Origin: Candidatus Hydrogenedentales bacterium
GTDB taxonomy: Bacteria > Hydrogenedentota > Hydrogenedentia > Hydrogenedentales > SLHB01
Reading direction: 5' to 3'
Length of the DNA: 64,000 bases
NCBI GenBank assembly: GCA_041859045.1
Contig: JBHELB010000030.1
Span: forward strand, 41,136-105,135
How positions within the stretch are numbered: the stretch's first letter is position 1; the number at the start of each line of letters is the position of its first letter. The translations under genes and the position numbers were made by a program. Below, in pieces: positions 60,701 through 64,000 of the stretch. A model generated the notes under the pieces. That model was not told the origin of the DNA, ran no database searches, and worked only from the letters and a program-made list of their open reading frames with translations.

Positions 60701-62238
60701 GACTGGTCGTAGAAGGACAGTATCTGCTGTACTGCCGCCAAGGTCGAGGACACGCCGAAGTCTGGCGTGGGGGGAACCGACAGCTCAACTTGGATGTAGC
60801 TGTCACGGACCGCGGTATTCGAGACAAATCCGTCGGATACCGTGAGCGATACGGTGTAAGTGCCCTGCTGCTGGTATACGTGCGAGGGGTTTTGGACCGT
60901 GCTCGTACTTCCATCGCCGAAACTCCAGAACCACGAGGAGATCGGGCGCGAACCCGGCGTCGAAATATCGGTGAAATTCACGACCTGTCCCGTGAACACG
61001 TTCGTCGGAACGCCTACGAATCCCGCTGTGGGCGCCGTCGCCTCCGTCACGTGGATATAGTTGGTCTTGGTCGTGGACACCTGTTGGAACCCATCGTAGA
61101 TTTCCAACGTGACGGTATAATTTCCGGCGTTCTGATAGACATGGACGGGGTTCTGCTCGAGACTCGTCTGCCCGTCCCCGAAGTTCCAGCGCCACTGCAA
61201 AATCGCCGATGAACCCGGAGTCGAAGTATCGTCGAAATAGATATTTTGTCCCGTGAGCACCTGGGTCGGCGTAGCCACGAAGTCCGCTACGGGTGCCTTG
61301 CGCACCACGTTGATATAGTTCACCTTGGTTTCCGTGTCGGAGTCTGTGTCGGCCGTTACGGTTAACGACACCGTGTAGGTGCCCGGGTGAGCATATTGAT
61401 GCGACGGACTCTGCTCGGTGCTGGTTTGTCCATCTCCGAAATTCCACAGCCACCCCGAAATCGGCAAGCTGCCCTGCACGCTTTGATCGATGAACTGAAG
61501 CGAGGAACCCAAATTCACACTGGTTTGCGACGCGGTGAATTGGGCGACGGGCGGGATTTTCGTCGATACTTTGATGTACTGGGTCCTCACGGTCTGCGTC
61601 GCGGCGTTCGCGCTGACCACGCGCAACGACACCGTGTATGCGCCCGGGAAGAGGTAGCGATGCGTCGGGTTCTGTACCGTGCTCGAACTGCCGTCGCCGA
61701 AGTCCCAAATCCAGTTCGTGATCGGGCCATAGCCCGCCGCGAATGTCGATTGATCGCGGAACGTAACCAGTTCATTCACGAACACATCGGTCGCATCCGC
61801 ACTGAAATTGGCCACCAGCGAAGCGTTCGCAGTGACCGTCACGGTTTTCGGAACCACGCCCACCGAAGTGACGCGAATCTCGCCCTGCGCCGCCACACCG
61901 CCCATCTTCGTGCGATCCACTTGGACGACCACGGTGATCGGGTCGTCGGGACCATTGCTGACGCCGTCTTCCGGGGGCAACATCGCGCCTGTCTGCGGAT
62001 CCACATTGGAGAGCACGATCCAGGGCTGAGTCGTCGTCACGCGAATTGGCGCAAGCGGCTGCGAGCTAAATACCTTCGCCACCGAGAACGTTAGGATGTC
62101 CTTTTCCGTCCCGAAGTCGAGGCTTGTGGGGGCCACCAGCAACGCGAGACTGAAGTCGGGCGCGGGACACCCCACCAGTCCACCCGCGAGCAACCCTCCT
62201 GCCAAGATCAGCACGCACATGCCTCGGATGGCGCTCAT
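57751..62238 (-). CDS. Large surface lipoprotein with 8 PKD repeats, a central ~350-aa putative alpha/beta-hydrolase-like domain, an Ig/FN3-like region and a C-terminal type-I dockerin
   Basis: Start trimmed to MSAIRGM (AGGAGGAG SD); lipobox LVGC. Eight WxFGDG...NPxHxY PKD repeats. C-terminus [21 protein letters not shown]...[23 protein letters not shown] is a two-repeat dockerin. Confidence 0.8.
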   Translation of the reverse strand: [1495 protein letters not shown]

Positions 62239-62537
62239 CAGTCGCACTCCTCCTGTCCGTTTCGAGGTCCAAACCAAATCGCTGCCAGAAGACAATACTC
62301 CCCCTGGCAGGAAGTCTTACAGTAACCCCCTAAATGATGACAGGTTCCGGAAGTCCAGTCAATAGTTTTACTTTCCTAAACTGTGGTTCTGCGTCGTACC
62401 TGAATTGTACGCGATGCCCTGCCGATGCGCAAGGCGTGACACAGGACAGAACAGTTGATCACTGGTCCAGAGCTTTCTACACTGGCGTGGGGGGAGGGTG
62501 TCGAATTTCGCCCCGCGCGGGGTGGAGAGGGGAGACT

Positions 62538-63860
62538 ATGACACCGAAGGTGGACACGGCAGCTATTCCCAATTTCTGCGCGCACGAGCACTGGGGAAGC
62601 TTTGATGCGTTTGGGATGGCGCCCGAGGGATTCCGTGCCGATGTGGTGTGCGGCGCTCAGCCCAGACGCGCGGTGACGGTTTTCGATCTGCTATTGGATC
62701 CCTACCTTGGGTATCGGCTGATCTGCGCGGGAATAGATCTGAATGGCGTCGCGCGCGCGGCTGGAGCGGATTCCTTTTACGAGTGGGTGGAAACCGATCG
62801 GGCTCCCGCGCTGGCCGCTTTGAATCATGCGCTGGACCCGCATCGCATGTCGGGCGCTTACGCTTGTATCCGCCGAGGGATTCAAGCGTTGCACGGCGCG
62901 GATATCGACGAAGTGTTGCGCACGGGAACGGGGCTCGATGCACTCAACGATGCCTTGGCGCGGCGGTATCGCGGAGTCTATGTCTGGTACCGCGAGGGCA
63001 TGCGCCGTGCCGCGTTTTCGGGCCTCATACGTCCGGTGCATCCCGAATATTACCTGCGCGAAGAGACGCCCGACCTCGCCGCCGAGGAGCGCGAGATGAC
63101 CGCGACGTTGCTTCGCGTCGATCCGTTTCTGGAGCTGTGGCCTGCCGAGTGTCCGCGCCGCGACGCCTTGGCGGCGGCGACGCGCACGTCGCCCAGCAAC
63201 GCCGACGGGTGGCGGGCGTTTATTGCCGCGGTGTTCGACAGAGTCGCAAAGGGCGGCGGGCGCGGTATCAAGCAGGCACAGGCGTATTCCCGCAGCCTGC
63301 GGTTCGAGTTTCGCCGCGACGACGAAATCCCCTGGGGCGCGATCAGACATCCCGAGGAGGTCCGCGCGTTTCAGGACTGGGTCATGCACGAGTGTTGTCG
63401 CCAAGCGGCGGAGCGCGGCTGGCCTCACCAGATCCACGTGGGCACGCACAACCTCGAGCAATCCCGCCCATGGCCGCTCACCGAGCTTGCGTGCCGGTAC
63501 CCCGGTATGAAGCTCGTCTTGTTGCATACGTGGCCCTATTCCGACGAGGCGGGGGCGATGGCGCAGCAATTTCCTAACGTATATCTCGACCCGTGCTGGT
63601 TGGTCGTCCTGAATCCTGAATTTCTCCGTCGCGCACTTGCCGCCTGGCTCTGCTACGTGCCCTCGCACAAGATTCTTCTCAGCCACGACGCCACGTCTTT
63701 GGAAATGGCCGTAGGCGCGGCGCAGTTTGCGCGGGAAGTCTTGGCGGATACGCTCACTCATGCCTTTGCCGATGCGCGCGGCCGCGCGGAGGACCTTCCG
63801 AAGTGCATGGAGCGCATCCTGCACGGAAACGCCGCGGATATTTTCCTAGGCGCCTCATAG
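62538..63860 (+). CDS. Amidohydrolase-2 family metal-dependent TIM-barrel hydrolase
   Basis: CAHEHW (HxH), ...ILLSHDA..., C-terminal ILHGNAADIFLG. Start trimmed to MTPKVDTAAIPNF (62538). Confidence 0.6.
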   Translation: MTPKVDTAAIPNFCAHEHWGSFDAFGMAPEGFRADVVCGAQPRRAVTVFDLLLDPYLGYRLICAGIDLNGVARAAGADSFYEWVETDRAPALAALNHALDPHRMSGAYACIRRGIQALHGADIDEVLRTGTGLDALNDALARRYRGVYVWYREGMRRAAFSGLIRPVHPEYYLREETPDLAAEEREMTATLLRVDPFLELWPAECPRRDALAAATRTSPSNADGWRAFIAAVFDRVAKGGGRGIKQAQAYSRSLRFEFRRDDEIPWGAIRHPEEVRAFQDWVMHECCRQAAERGWPHQIHVGTHNLEQSRPWPLTELACRYPGMKLVLLHTWPYSDEAGAMAQQFPNVYLDPCWLVVLNPEFLRRALAAWLCYVPSHKILLSHDATSLEMAVGAAQFAREVLADTLTHAFADARGRAEDLPKCMERILHGNAADIFLGAS

Positions 63861-64000
63861 ACAAAGACTTGCGCGCCATGTCCAACTTCCCCTGAGGGGG
63901 GTTGTAGGTTTCGCCGGAACAGTGTATCCTGTTTGTCGATGTCGGCCGGCTCGCCCGAGTCGGTAGGGGAGACATCGCGGGTGGTTTCGAGCGGCTAAGC

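Noticed and set aside
62239-62537. Sigma28-like GCCGATGC box upstream of the amidohydrolase gene
   Set aside because: No TAAA at the required -35 spacing, so it is not a FliA promoter.

Overview
High-GC bacterial chromosomal segment from a diderm (outer-membrane-bearing) organism. The presence of a DUF1559 / H-X9-DG prepilin protein suggests a PVC- or Armatimonadota-like lineage; that is an inference, not a verified assignment. Coding density is high and no CRISPR array or obvious mobile element was seen.

Coordinates were hand-counted against the 60-nt line numbering. Gene calls are solid. Motif coordinates, especially for short regulatory sites, should be re-verified computationally.

Main contents, in order along the window:
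- Housekeeping block. dnaG N-terminus (reverse strand, running off the window start and missed by the ORF track), rsmA/ksgA, an orphan PAS histidine kinase, an SGNH hydrolase and clpC.
- Outer-membrane and lipid A cluster. clpC overlaps the start of bamA-skp-lpxD, followed by an lpxC::fabZ fusion and a second tandem lpxC paralog. There is no lpxA in the canonical position.
- Small-molecule and signalling genes. A HIT protein, aroE, aroK, an EIIA(Ntr) fused to a C4 zinc ribbon, and a cNMP-binding protein.
- Three separate flagellar loci: fliD-fliS behind a sigma28-type promoter (16.8-19.0 kb); a lone short flagellin gene with a sigma28-type promoter and CsrA-like leader (30.7-31.5 kb); and fliL-fliN-fliO-fliP without fliM, fliQ or fliR (53.9-56.4 kb).
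- Putative system of interest at 26.8-38.5 kb: a type IV filament (T2SS / type IV pilus hybrid-like) locus. An ECF sigma factor and a zf-HC2 anti-sigma sit at the head of an operon with two GspF/PilC paralogs, an N1-less GspE/PilB ATPase and four (pseudo)pilins including the DUF1559 prepilin. A second co-oriented block carries GspI/J/K-like pseudopilins and a third GspF. The flagellin gene sits antiparallel between the two blocks. No secretin, prepilin peptidase or PilMNO/GspLM genes occur in the window.
- Accessory genes. An MFS transporter, a transglutaminase-like protein, a GH29 fucosidase, a PP2C phosphatase, an alpha/beta hydrolase (GHGLG where GxSxG is expected), an HD-GYP protein and a DUF2007 protein.
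- A glycosyltransferase cluster (DUF2304, two GT2, split Alg13/Alg14-like, membrane GT2, with a GT39/ArnT-like gene nearby), a DUF554 membrane protein and a PilT-like ATPase with a long N-terminal extension.
- amtB-glnK, a type II tRNA-Leu whose anticodon reads AAG, a secreted 750-aa protein, an aldo-keto reductase, a SAM methyltransferase with TPR repeats, and small zinc-ribbon and membrane proteins.
- A 1495-aa lipoprotein with 8 PKD repeats and a C-terminal dockerin, and an amidohydrolase.
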